Shown piece after piece: positions 1 through 11,500 of a stretch of 32,695 nt of DNA; the stretch's first letter is position 1, and the number at the start of each line of letters is the position of its first letter. The translations under genes were made by a program, and so were the position numbers. The notes under the pieces are model-generated. The model ran no database searches. It was not told the origin of the DNA and saw nothing but the letters and a program-made list of their open reading frames with translations. Origin of the DNA: Bigelowiella natans CCMP2755 (taxonomy: Eukaryota; Protista; Cercozoa); NCBI GenBank assembly GCA_000320545.1, contig ADNK01001519.1:1-32695 (forward strand), read 5' to 3'.

Positions 1-60
1 AGATGTCAGTCAAACGATAGACAGCTACTGCAAATTACCTCCATCGTAAAACATTTATAA

Positions 61-115
<55 letters not shown>

Positions 116-124
116 ATGTGTGTG
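61..124. repeat. Compound (TC)n(TG)n microsatellite directly before a splice acceptor
   Basis: Seen directly; the same compound recurs near 21276-21349, 22224-22290, 28297-28340 and 28722-28782. Confidence 0.95.
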
Positions 125-128
125 GTAG

Positions 129-2911
129 GCTATGGCGCAAGATTTGAAGAAGCGGCTCTCTCGAAACCTTTCTTCTCCTTCTTCCACATCGTCTGTGAGG
201 AAAGGCCGCTCGCCATTATCAGCATCGTCGCCAATATTAAGAAGAGGGGGTGCAGGATCGGAGAGATACAAGTAGCTAATAATAGTAGCGATACTAGTGC
301 AACAATTCGACGAATTTCCTGCGAATCGACGGTCCAATGTCTCCGTCTCTCGCCCCACATGTTTCCCTCCCTCTTCTTTTTGTTCCATACTTTTGCTGAT
401 TGTTGATTGCCTCGCTTCATATGTGTTGGCAGTACTCAGATGGCTAGAAGGCATGCCATACAGGTCTCTGAGCTGCACCGCCAGGTAGAATATCGTCTGA
501 TCATTCTCATCAGTATCTCATCATCATCATCATCATCATCGTCATCATCATCATCATCATGATATTATTATCTAATCACGAGGCCTTTTCCTACACTACT
601 ATTACTGCTACTTCCACTGCTACAACTACTACTTCCGAATAATCATACTACTCGCCTAATTCACTGCTATTGCTACTGCCATTTATATAGGTGAAGAACC
701 TGCGCGAAGAGCGAGAGGACACCAACACGAAGCTCGCTGATACCCACAGAAAGCTACAATTAGCGCTAAAAGAGGTGAAGATGTCTCAGGACTCTCACAT
801 GTCCAAAAATGATAATAACAATCGTGAATGAATGGGCTGTTTTGAATCCATATTTGTGATTGCCTCGGACAATAACATCATCATCGTCCTATTATCACCA
901 TCGTAATCATCCACTCAGATTCAAAAAATGAAGGCGCGACATGATGTAGCAGCAGCAGCAGCAGCAGCAAAATCGGGAACAGCAGCAGCAACCCAATCGT
1001 CCTTGGACATTGACTCTTTGGCGGGATCATCATCCGCACATTTAAAGGACAAGCTACAGAATACCCGTGAAGAAAATATGGAGCTCAGAGAGGAGAATGC
1101 AAGGCTCAGGTCGTTGTTGATGATGCCGATGCTGTTTTTGGTGATTGATGATAAGAAGAGGACAACAGATGACGCCGCTGTACCATCCATCCGTTGTGCT
1201 GCTACCTCGCCCGCTCTATTGTTCAGGGAGAGGCCCACGTTGAACGATTTTCAAAAGGCACAGCGTATGATCTTTAAGCTGCAGCAAAAGCTCAATGAAG
1301 AGGGGCAGATTAAGGTGCAAGCATGCTTATGCTTACATGTATCAGTCATGATGATTGTGATCTTATGGGTTACCCATACTGCGCCAACAGCTGTTTCACC
1401 ATCTTCATCACAGTTATTTCGATAATCATCACCACCATCACAATCATCAGCATTAGGATCATCAGCACCGTTGCCCAGCATCATCATCTTCATCATCATC
1501 AGTATCATCACCATCATCTCAGTCGATACTCTTTCAATGTTGTGTTACATTGCCTCTCTCCAGAAAGCAGCGAGGCTATACAAAGATACACGGGAACTAG
1601 TCAGGATCGATAAAGTAATAGTGGAGGTTTTTTCTTCTTCATCATCATCACCTTTTTCTTCACCCCCATTACCCCTATCAGGTTAATTTTTTATTCTTGG
1701 TCCCCCCCCCCCCCCCCCCCCCCCCCTCCGACCCCTTCTTTCCCCATTCCGTCCTTTGATGTAGCTCAATCACCGACTTGGATTAGAAGTTATCGAATCC
1801 ATCCCTCGTCCGAATCTTGTTCTGTACTTGCAAGAGATATGCAGGGTAAAAGCAGCAGCAGCAATAGTAGCAGTGTGGCGGTGCAGTGGTGACAACATCA
1901 GCATGCTGAGCACTATTTGCTAAAGCCTGCATTAGACGCAACCACCACCACCACCACCCACTACCTCCTCATATATACCTAACCGCTATGCTGTCCTCCT
2001 GATTAGGAGCTTCAAATCCCTTCACCGGATCACATTGTTCCCACAGTGCAAAAGATGTCCAAAGTGTGACCCGCCTCGCTTTATAGTATTTAAATAATAT
2101 GAGTTATATCATCCTTCTGCATTATTATCATCATCAACTACAGGAACAGCGACAATAAATATAATAATAATAATAATAATCATCATCATCATCATTATCA
2201 TCATCATCATCATCATCACTGCAAGGTTATGCAAGCCATTCCAGGGATGGAGTCGTTCATACGTCTCGTTTGTCAATCGGTATAGCACTCATCAACAGCT
2301 CTTATCGTCATCACTACTATCACTGCCACGACAATCACCACCACTACCACCACCACCATTGCCAACCACAACTTCACTGCATTAGTGATAATTCGTATCG
2401 TCGTCATCATCATCATCATCGCTGCATGATTAATTCTTGCGACATCTACGGTGTCATTGTTGCCGATCAATGTTGTAGTCGAGTGCTCAGTGTTTGTTCT
2501 TCGTCTTCTTCTTCATCTTCTTCCTCGCCATCATCGTCTCCTTCCTCATCACCATCATCATCACGATGCATGACTCATCTGGTGCCCCATGATGAAGGTC
2601 GTGGGCTCGAATGATTCGAACGGGATGGGAGGGAGGAAAAGGAGGAACAATCAAGGCGATGCAAAAGATTACAATGATCATTCAAGGAAAGGAGCTCAGC
2701 CAGCAAGAGCTGAAGCAGCCAATATGCGACCAAAAGAGGAAGGTGTAAGGTCAGTTATCTCATATCCTCCACAGGAGTACTGTGTAATATCTCCTCTCAT
2801 TAGTTCGTTGCAGGTCCTCCGCCTCCCCCCCCTCCTTCTCCTTTCATCTCCCTATTCACTGCGCAAGCCTCTTTTACTGTCTCTGGCCACATGATCTTCG
2901 TTTGCTCTTTG

Positions 2912-2944
<33 letters not shown>

Positions 2945-3717
2945 CGATGCTATATTTATATTTATCACAAACGCTAGGAAAGTGCTGCCTACGCTGCGGA
3001 AATGGAAGGAAGAACTTCAGAAGCTGGACTCTTACAGGGGGTACTACTACTTCTACTACTACCACTACTACCACCTCAGCACTGATGGTGCCGAGCATAA
3101 TAAAGACAAAAAACGAAGTATACATGTTAAAAGAACACAGCTAAAGTTCCACTTTTTAACGACCGTATGCATACTTCCCACTACCCACCAACGCACCCAC
3201 CCACACACACACACACAGCAGCAGCAGCAGCACTGCTTATCCGTTACCATTGCGAAGTTGTTGCCGATACGCGCTTGCCCTTCTTGTTTAGATTCGAGAA
3301 TGCTGTGTTGGCAGTCCTAGAGGAAAGAGTCAACGAAACTCAAAATAGGTTCCAAACAATTAAGGTGGCACTCACCAACGAATGATGTGCTTGGCAATGG
3401 CAGGAGGGGCAGGAGGCAGAGGAGGAAAAGGGAGGGGGGGGCTTTAGGGATGTGAAATTATAATGGTAACAACTGTTCTTGCTGCTGCTGATGATGATGA
3501 TGATGATCGTTACTGGTGCTATTCCTACTAGGAATCAGCAGGGGAAGAATCATACTTTTTGGTCATTCAAGATGAGATCAGGTATATCCTCCTTATCATC
3601 ACCAGCATCATTATCATCATCATCATCATCATCAAATACCTTAAATAGCTCAATAGTTCAAAGTTCATCCCTTTTTTTGGCATAATTACCGACAACGTTC
3701 TGTTTTTGTGTTTTTGA

Positions 3718-3756
<39 letters not shown>

Positions 3757-4120
3757 GCATGTATTGTGTTTTTGACATTCTAAAGGGTCTTGGTCGGACT
3801 TGAGGCCAAAATGAATGATGAGAAGGAAGGAAAGCATCGGGCATGTCTTCCCTCCCTCCCCCCTCTCTCTTTTCGATAATATGGTCACCTCGCATCGCCG
3901 TAATGAATACTACCATCACCACCGCCATCATCATCTACCATCATCATCACGTGTATCTGTCGCTATTATTAGGCGGATATGTTTCGGAAAAATCGTCCAG
4001 ATGTAATCACTAACAAGATGATAACGCATTTCATGGATCTATTTGAGGTTGGCCACGCATCCCCGCATGGAACCATTACCACATAGTTGTCACGGATACA
4101 CAAAATTATGCTTCCTCTAA

Positions 4121-4156
<36 letters not shown>

Positions 4157-4910
4157 AATCACAATTATCATTATAATCATCATCGCCATAAAACTACTGA
4201 CGAGCAGGTAGAGTCCATAGATCAAGTGTTCCCTATAATGAACCAAATATATCTCAAGTACAGCGAAATGGTAATACAATAATGGGAGGATTTGCGCGAT
4301 TCCTATTGCTCACAATTCGTTGTACACTAGGAAAACTTTCTCCGCAATATGCGCGAGATGTTGTCCATGAAACCCAATGCATCCCTAGCTTCTATATCGG
4401 AGGCAGTGGAGACTTTAAACAGTCTACGACAGCAGCGGCGAGGAGAAAAGAGTGCAAGCCTTACGTCCGCATCAGCTGACAACGATATGTTACGCTGCCT
4501 GCAGGAAATCATTCTCAGGGAAATTCCAAGGTGTGTTTTAAATTACATGGCGATGGAGCATATGGCCTCACACAGCAAATAGGGTTTCTGTTTTTAGTGC
4601 GTATTGATATTGTTTGATGAACGGTCGTTTTTAGTGCGAAACCGGAAGAAAGTGCGAAGATCTTGACGAAGATCGTTGACCGACTACGGGCTTTCGAGCA
4701 GGTAGCAAGCGTCTACGAGTTGTGGTGGGGAGGGGGAGTTGAGATCCGAGGCCAAAATCAAGTGGTCTCCTAATTCATTCAATTGTCAAGGTTTTCCCAT
4801 CTATGCATGAAGTTATCCGTGGATTGATATGCCGGTTGAAAGTCTCAAAGCTTGAAGAAATTCTTCCCACCGTGGATGCGATTATCATGAGTCGGGAACC
4901 AACCGAGTGA
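129..4910 (+). CDS. CEP70: Centrosomal protein of 70 kDa-like coiled-coil protein; many exons, 5' end probably upstream of the window
   Basis: Hand-spliced exons mostly keep phase: 129-271, 433-484, 691-774, 919-1109, then ERPTLNDFQKAQRMIFKLQQKL, KDTRELVRIDK|LNHRLGLEVIESIP..LQEICR|ELQIPSPDHIVPTVQKMSK|VMQAIPGMESFIRLVC, KVLPTLRKWKEEL, NKMITHFMDLFE|VESIDQVFPIMNQIYLKYSEM|ENFLRNMREML, and a last exon 4791-4910 VFPSMHEVIRGLICRLKVSKLEEILPTVDAII..*. These motifs match my recollection of CEP70 (SRPT.., HFQKLFDV..GVYPRMNEVY..EM, FPAF..LDAIVPAV). Exon borders around 2480-2750 and 3290-3590 are not fully resolved. Confidence 0.8.
1702..1726. repeat. Intronic poly-C (25 nt)
   Basis: Seen directly; other C/G homopolymers lie near 19577-19592, 29036-29051, 29775-29789 and 30048-30064. 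Confidence 0.95.
2917..2944. repeat. Intronic (TA)14
   Basis: Seen directly; pure (TA)n tracts also lie at 3721-3752, 17777-17810, ~21774-21808, ~26726-26762, ~27345-27373 and ~28089-28119. Confidence 0.95.
3841..3972 (+). other. Probable GC-AG intron in the CEP70-like gene
   Basis: Exon ..EKEGKHR ends CGG|GCATGT. The next exon, ADMFRKNRPDVITNKMITHF, starts in phase 0 after TTAG at 3972. I see no in-phase GT donor before the in-frame stop. Confidence 0.5.
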
Positions 4911-5766
4911 TCACTAGTTCTTGAGTGCGTGCAGAGCGAATATCTCCAGTTTTATGGCTTGGTCAACACTGTTAAGATTCATCATGTACATGTTCTTCAA
5001 CTGGAGACTAGAATTCTGCTCATGTAACTCCTAGTTTTTCAATAATAAATATGTGCATTCCTACTGCTACATTTTGAAAATTCTAAAAAATATCTGCAAT
5101 TACGGAGACGGTAACGCATATAAGGACATGGCAGCGATCATCCAACGTATGTGTGTACTGCATAGCTGAGAAGACATGCTAGTATGGCAGTGTCGCATAT
5201 CTGAGTCGCGGGCGCGCATGCAATGCATGCACACATTGCATCATCACAGGAAATCCGATTCAAATACACGAACGTCGGTTTAACTGTCTAACTGTAAACG
5301 ATCCTGTCGCGCGCGCGCAAAATCGACAGCCCGGCTCTCGGGATATGGACTTATAACTCGCTATAGGGAAGAAGTATATGTCCAGGCCATCTGTCGTGCA
5401 AAATATTCGATCAGGGACGCGCATGCATGCGACATCAAGCTGGACATACGCGATGGCAATGTATTAGCCTGCGCTGCTACAACCAGACACCATTGCGCAT
5501 GCATGTCGCTACACGCGTGCACATGCGATGCATGAGGAGAGTTCTCAGCAAGCAATAAATGGGTGATCTACAATAATCCACATGCATCTTCGCGTATGTA
5601 GTGCAACGCTGCCACATGGCGGTGTCAAAAGCTGCTTCACACGTACACCTACACACACTATATCTGTAAGTATCCACCATATAACCAGCGCATTGTAAAT
5701 GTATGTGCATACGCATTTATGAAGGATTCAACTACATAACTCATTGAATCGATAAAATAACTTTAC

Positions 5767-8700
5767 TTAATCAATTTTTTTCCGCTTCCGCGAGGCCTTG
5801 AGTACATTCTGAACCATAGATTCCATGTCCCATTCCTCGGCCGGTATCATACCGTATCCGTTGTAAACAGTCAGCACGGAAATATCTGAACCCTCAGGGT
5901 AGACCAAGTTGGGGAGAAGTTTCGGAGTGACAAGAAAATACTGGGGAGACTCCTCTCCAGAATTCTTTAGGGCGCAACTTCTTACAATACGATCAAAAAT
6001 CATTCGTTCGTTCTTGGTATCCATGCCTTGATTTATCTCATCCACCACGCGAAACGGTGTTTGGGTAACGCTCTGAAAACCAAAAAAACAGTTGTGAGGG
6101 CATAATATTGTCAATATAATTATTTTTCAAAGAACCTGTAGACAAAGCAGATATAACATGGTAGACACAGATCTTTCTCCCCCAGACTGTCTGAATTTGC
6201 TTAGTTTCTGCAAGTCACTGCCGTCCCTGAATCTAACCCATATCTCGAGGCCATACTGGTCATAGTCTACTTTTTCATCATTGGGTTCTGGATAGACTTT
6301 GATTTCCCCTTCACACTTCATTTCTCGGAAATGCTTAGCGTATTCTTCGGAAAGCCGTCTTGCAAGCAACCTTACTTTAGGTTGCCATTTTTCCCTAATT
6401 TCCTTTATATCATTCCGTGCTTCCTCTAGTCGTTCCTTTTGGCTGTTGGTATTCTTTGTCAATTCCTCTATTTTTTTTGTAAGCTCCTCATATCGCGCGA
6501 ACAGAGTGCGGTCTTCGACTAGACCATCCAGCTGTACTTCAAGTTCCGTTATCATGGTTTCAACTTGGTCAAGATCCTTTTGGTTTATCCATTCCTCTTG
6601 AAACTTTTCTTTATACTCATTGAATGGTGCACGGGATCTTGCCATTCGCTTTGCATCATCAGATTTACGTTTTGCTGCATCATATTCCTCTTTAGTTGCC
6701 CTCAGAATCCTCTTTTTCTCGTTTAGCTCCGCGTCGTGCTCATTTAATTTTTGCTCAGCATTATTGAGATTTATTCTAGCATCTTCAATGGATGGGAGAA
6801 GACAATCTCTTTGGAAAGAATATTTCATATAAAGATCGACACATTGCCCAAGTTTCGCAGCTTTTTCAAGGCAAATAGTGTTCATTCTCTGAAGATCTTT
6901 GTATATACGTCTTTTTTTCATTTCACCATCTCCGTCATGCTCCAGCTGTGCAAGCTGTCGTCGTAGTATCATCAGCTTGTTTTTCACAGCCTTAATTTTC
7001 TTCATACTTGCCCTTAAGTCCCTAGTCTGAATCGCTCCTTCTTTGATGGGTTTATTTAACTTCTCATTCTGCTGCTCCACTTCATGTTTTTTGGATTCCA
7101 ACTTCCTCAGCTTGAATCTGCACTCTTTTATCTCAAGCTGATATTGGGCAATTTGATCATCTTCCTCCTCCTGTAATAGCTCTGCTTTTTTCAATAGAGT
7201 CTCCGAGGAGGATACATCATCACTATAGCTAGAAAATGTGACTCTGAGCCTGTCATTCCCGTTAAATAAATGCGGCACTCCAGGACCTCCTCTCTTCTTT
7301 TGCATAACCTTTTCGACCTTATCACGCGCTACTTCTTCTTGTGTAACTGCAATTTTATGGACTCTGGCGATATCTTTGAGGCCTTGCATGACAAGCCGGT
7401 CAGCATCTATGACTTGGTCTAGCCATTGCATGGACACACCACTTTCATCTTGAAGACCTTTAAGGTCTATGTGTCTGGCAGTTCGATCATCAATTCTTGT
7501 CACTGACGCGACGGTAACCTTTTGACCTGTATTGCTTCGGATTTGCTGAGGGAGAGTGCTCCAATCTTCTTTATTATCTACTAGGTAGTATTGCAATCTC
7601 GCCTTTCCTACCGCATTTTCAACGTACTTTGCATGAAGAGGATTTGAGACTTTAATCTCGTTGTAAAGAGGCCCCAGTATCTCGCCCTTAAACTTGTGAC
7701 GATTCCTTTCGATCCACTGTTTGATCTCGACATGCTTTTTGCCACCCCGAGCAAGACTGGTTTGCTTGTTGCTCCTTTCTTGCTGCATTCTTTGGGTTGC
7801 GGATGTTATTTTTGCTCGAAGATTATACATCTCCCGATTGATATCCTCCTTCTCATTATTAAATTTTCTTCTCTTCCGATTGAGCTCTCTTTGCTCTTCC
7901 AAAATATTCTTTAAATTTGCGTTGATTTCCTTCTCCTCGGGGAGCTCTTTTAGGTAGTCTTCGGTGGTTCTGATTTCTTGCTGAAGTTTTTCGCGTTTTT
8001 CTTCAAGCTGGCTGACCTCTCTTTCAATTTCATCGACCTCACCCCAAGCATTATCAATTCGATTTTGCTGAGCTTCGATATTATCGAGGACCTTCCTTTT
8101 CTCAGCATTGACAGCTTTCTCAGATTTTGCAAGATTTAACTCCTCACGTTTTAGCTTATCGAAATGAGCTTGCGCTGCCTCCTTCGCCTTTTTAAGGGGG
8201 GCTAATTCTTCTTCAATCTTTTGTAGATCATTAGCGGCAGCCTTGTACCGCACCTTAATGGCTTTGGAAGCCTCCCTAAGGTTGCCATACTTCAACCATA
8301 GAGCCTTCTTTTGAAGCGTGTCGATTTTCTCCTTGATCTGATCTCTGTCTCGCATCCGTTTAACATCCTGCTCCAAGCATTCTTTTTGCTGCGTAAACGA
8401 GGTTAAACTCTTTTCAAGTTCTTCTGTCTGCGTGGTCAACTTTTTCTCTGCTTTTTTTTGCTCAATTAGCTTCATGTGCCACGAGTGTAGTTGCGGATTC
8501 ACAGCTTTCTCAGTTTCTTGTAGGAGTTTAATAGAATCTAAAGACGCAAATTTTACCACCCTATCCTGAGCCAAGAAGCAACAGAGGTTATCAACTTGTA
8601 TTGCGAGATCCCTCATTAAGTCGTTGACTTTCTTCCTCGAGGACTGCATTCCGTTAACTTTCCAATGTGCGTTATTGCTGTCAACACTAATATCCATTCG

Positions 8701-9110
8701 AATAGTGAGAGTGCTATCATTTCTTCCAGCTTCATGGAGATCAACTTCCACATATCCAGAATTAGCACCCTTCTTGACAAAATCTTTGTATTTTTCTGCC
8801 CTGTCGAGAGATTTGTGGCTCCCTCCAAGACACAAACATATGGCACACACCACACTGCTCTTCCCTGTGCCGTTTGGACCCACCACAATATTTAGTTTCG
8901 CACCTGTCGAATTTAACATCAAAAGACAATTCTTTGTGAATTCTTTCATTGATGCAACAGATTCCTATTGTGATTCACAAAATTTGAAGGCGTCCTACCT
9001 GGTCTTACTTCCGCATCTGTGTAGGTAAGGAAGTTGTGCATCTGGATACGAATAATAGCGCCTCTCCGATATGTGCCGGCAAACTGGTTTTCATTGTTCC
9101 GAGAGGGCAT
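5767..9110 (-). CDS. SMC5: Structural maintenance of chromosomes protein 5 (SMC5/6 complex ATPase), ~1061 aa
   Basis: Exons 9110-8999 (MPSRNNENQFAGTYRRGAIIRIQMHNFLTYTDAEVRPG), 8903-6136 and 6072-5767; GT-AG introns of 95 and 63 nt; total 3186 nt, in frame. Walker A GPNGTGKSS, IQVDNLCCFLAQDRV, two long coiled coils around a hinge, signature QSGGERSVSTMLYLLCLQ, and Walker B PFRVVDEINQGMD..NER plus QYFLVTPKLLPNL, all typical of SMC5. Confidence 0.97.
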
Positions 9111-9239
9111 GGCGCTGAAGGAAAATCCAAGGACGAATAGAAGCGGAGAGGAATCGCTTCTCCTCCTCCCTCAAGAGGTGGGAAAAGTGGCGCTGGTTAG
9201 AATGAGAGGTCACCTGGACTTAGGAAAACAAAATGGAGG

Positions 9240-9822
9240 GGATTTGTCAATGAAGACATGTGATCAGCATCTCATGGCCCGCCAAAAACCAACACACTTT
9301 CCCGGCAAAAATAAATGGGATTTCCGAAAATGTCGGCCAAGCTCGTTGTGGAGCCTTGTGGTGGCGTCACAACACTGCCAGATTCTTCGCACTGGAGCAG
9401 CATGAGGGCTGGTGCTCCTTGTGCGAATCTCACGAAGACATGTCCCTGAAACACCTTTTGTTCTCCTGTCAAGGAACGTGCGACATCAGAGACCGTTTTT
9501 GGACCAGGATTCGTCACCTGCTAGCCTGGTGTCTCGTCATCAACCTGATGCCAATGATGATGTTGACACTTTTGCTGCGGTTCGGCATCCAAGATGCCAG
9601 TTTTAGTTCCAATCAATTCACATCTCAACGGCACCATCAATCGGCATGCATGCCAACTTCAGGGGATGCGGCTGATTTTTTTGTGTCTTTCACCAACAGG
9701 GTGCTGACAAGTCCTTGCAACGAGTGTTGTTGAGGCTCTGCTGCGTGCAAATGCCTGTCTCCCATGTGGTTCTGGCGCATGTAGTTTTGATCAACGCTTT
9801 CTTCATTGTTCATTGTTCATTG
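9240..9822 (+). mobile_element. 5'-truncated, internally deleted non-LTR (LINE) retrotransposon relic, copy A: ORF2 C-terminal zinc knuckle, 3' UTR and tandem tail
   Basis: 9413-9469 encodes CSLC-x9-H-LLFS-C, preceded by ARCGALWWRHNTARF and followed by IRDRFW. This is the CCHC (zf-RVT-type) motif at the end of LINE ORF2. It ends in a (TTCATTG)3 tail at ~9802-9822. The 5' border is approximate. Confidence 0.75.
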
Positions 9823-10290
9823 TCACGTTGCGTGCTTTCTCAGCCATGTCTTCTCATGACAAGTTCTGCCTTGCTTTGGGGGCCACATCTGGTGTCCCTT
9901 CGACTGACAAAGAAATCGACAGGGCTTTCCGTCGAACCATTGTCCTGCTTGACAATTTTGCTGCTGTTCGGCATCCAAGATGCCAGCATCAGTTCCAATC
10001 AATTCACATTGCAACGGCACCATCAATCGGCATCCATGCCAATTTCATCCCTTGTTCCCTCTCCGGCATTTCAGATGAGTGGCCATGGTGTTCTCATCCC
10101 TTCACGCAGCCTTGGAGTGTGCCTCTGATGGGTTGCAGCTGATTTTTTGTGTCTCTTCACCAACAGGGTGCTGACAAGTCCTTGCAACGAGTGTTGTTGA
10201 GGCTCTGCTGCGTGCAAATGCCTGTCTCCCATGTGGTTCTGGCGCATGCAGTTTTTGATCAACGCTTTGTTCATTGTTCATTGTTCATTG
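9823..10290 (+). mobile_element. Second LINE 3'-end relic (copy B) of the same family, directly after copy A
   Basis: 9949-10047 aligns without gaps to 9563-9661, and 10156-10248 is identical over 93 nt to 9689-9781. It ends in the same (TTCATTG)3 tail at 10270-10290. The frame LRAFSAMSSHDKFCLALGA..RRTIVLLDNFAAVRHPRCQHQF looks like the ORF2 segment that follows the zinc knuckle. Confidence 0.7.
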
Positions 10291-10329
10291 CCAGCTCGTG
10301 TTGGGATCATGAGTGCCTTGCCAGCTTGT

Positions 10330-10378
10330 GCACTTTGGAAGTGTGGTTTTTCATCATTGTTCTCATTGTTCTCATTGC
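10330..10378 (+). repeat. Short retroelement-like 3' tail fragment, shared with 13085-13145
   Basis: The 26-mer GTTTTTCATCATTGTTCTCATTGTTC occurs exactly at 10346-10371 and 13113-13138; both are preceded by CACTTTGGA. Confidence 0.6.
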
Positions 10379-11500
10379 CTTTTTGTTGATTGAGGAAGAC
10401 TGAGTGTCCCATGTTCCTTTCAGTCGCTCCAATGAGACACTCATTTCCTTCCTTCTCTCTTTCTTTCTTCATGCTGTTTGTGCCCTGGCTTGACCCAACC
10501 CTGTGTGACCAAGTCCCCGGGCCTGACCAGCAAAAGCTTCGAGGCTCAAAACCTCTTGTCACTGCTGCTGCCAAGCTTTGATGTGCAACGTTCAATTGGC
10601 AGGTTCATGTTCACCCGACGCTCACCTCTGCAAAGAAAGCGCGAAGCTTGCTGCCTCGTGATCTCAATGGAAAGAAACAAAGAAAGAATCATGGAATCAA
10701 AACGTTGAAACATTGGTCAGAACTTGACACTGCATCAACACGGCTGGACGGTGCACAGGCAACGTGCACGCTGCGCTGCTGACGTGAACAAAGACGCACC
10801 GCTTCTCAAGTCAAGCACTGGAGCAACAAGCAAGGCTTCCATGCAAGAATCAAGGTCAAAGAAAGGGTCATGTTCATTGACGTTCCGACAAGACAAGAAG
10901 TTGTGTCACTAGCACTGCTCACAAGCTGGACTAGTGGGTGCACCTTGAGCAAACGGGCAGATGGAGCGCCTCGTGTCCCAGCGGACTGTCTAGCTGTGCT
11001 GGTGTGGAACAAACTAGCAAACCCTCCGCACCCAACTTTCCCTATGGTGTTCTGGTCCAGTGGTTGATTGAGGAGACGGATGAGTTAGCTTGTCCCACAT
11101 GACAGGTCATTCAGTTCTTTCTTTCTCTCTCGAGCGGGGTGTAGCGCACGTCACAATGGAAATGAACCAGCAGCAGCGTAGCGTTTGTCAGCAAATCAAC
11201 ATGTTGAAACTGCTTGGAAGCTGCACTAACTAGCTAAGTGTGAAGCTAGCTGTGCAATGATGAATGCAGTTGGAGCATCTAATGTTTCCATGCGATGCAC
11301 GTGTGGCTGAAATGATGCGATGATGGTGCTGCACAGTGTGCAACATACCACCCGGTGGATGATGCTGCGCATCTCAAATTTGAACAAGATTTTTTCAAAT
11401 TAGCTGGAGCTTCTATCTTGCACTACGAAGTCCTTTGCAGGTGTAGTAGACATAGATTCCTCGACTTGGAAGACACTGAGAATGTGGTGAGAATGTCCTA

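Noticed and set aside
5767-9240. Functional link between SMC5 and the adjacent hypermutated domain
   Set aside because: SMC5/6 acts in repeat repair and silencing, but adjacency in a eukaryotic genome is not evidence. No deaminase or base-modifying enzyme gene is visible in this window.
9601-9606. TTAG (copy A) vs TCAG (copy B) as direct evidence of TA>CA
   Set aside because: In the LINE frame copy B has CAG (Gln) and copy A has a TAG stop, so CA is probably ancestral here. Not used as support.
9272-11067. Cluster of overlapping 60-140 aa ORFs on both strands as novel small genes
   Set aside because: Loss of TA removes TAA and most TAG stops, so open frames lengthen artificially. The peptides are nearly Tyr-free and Cys/His-rich. 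Only the LINE-derived frames have recognisable motifs.
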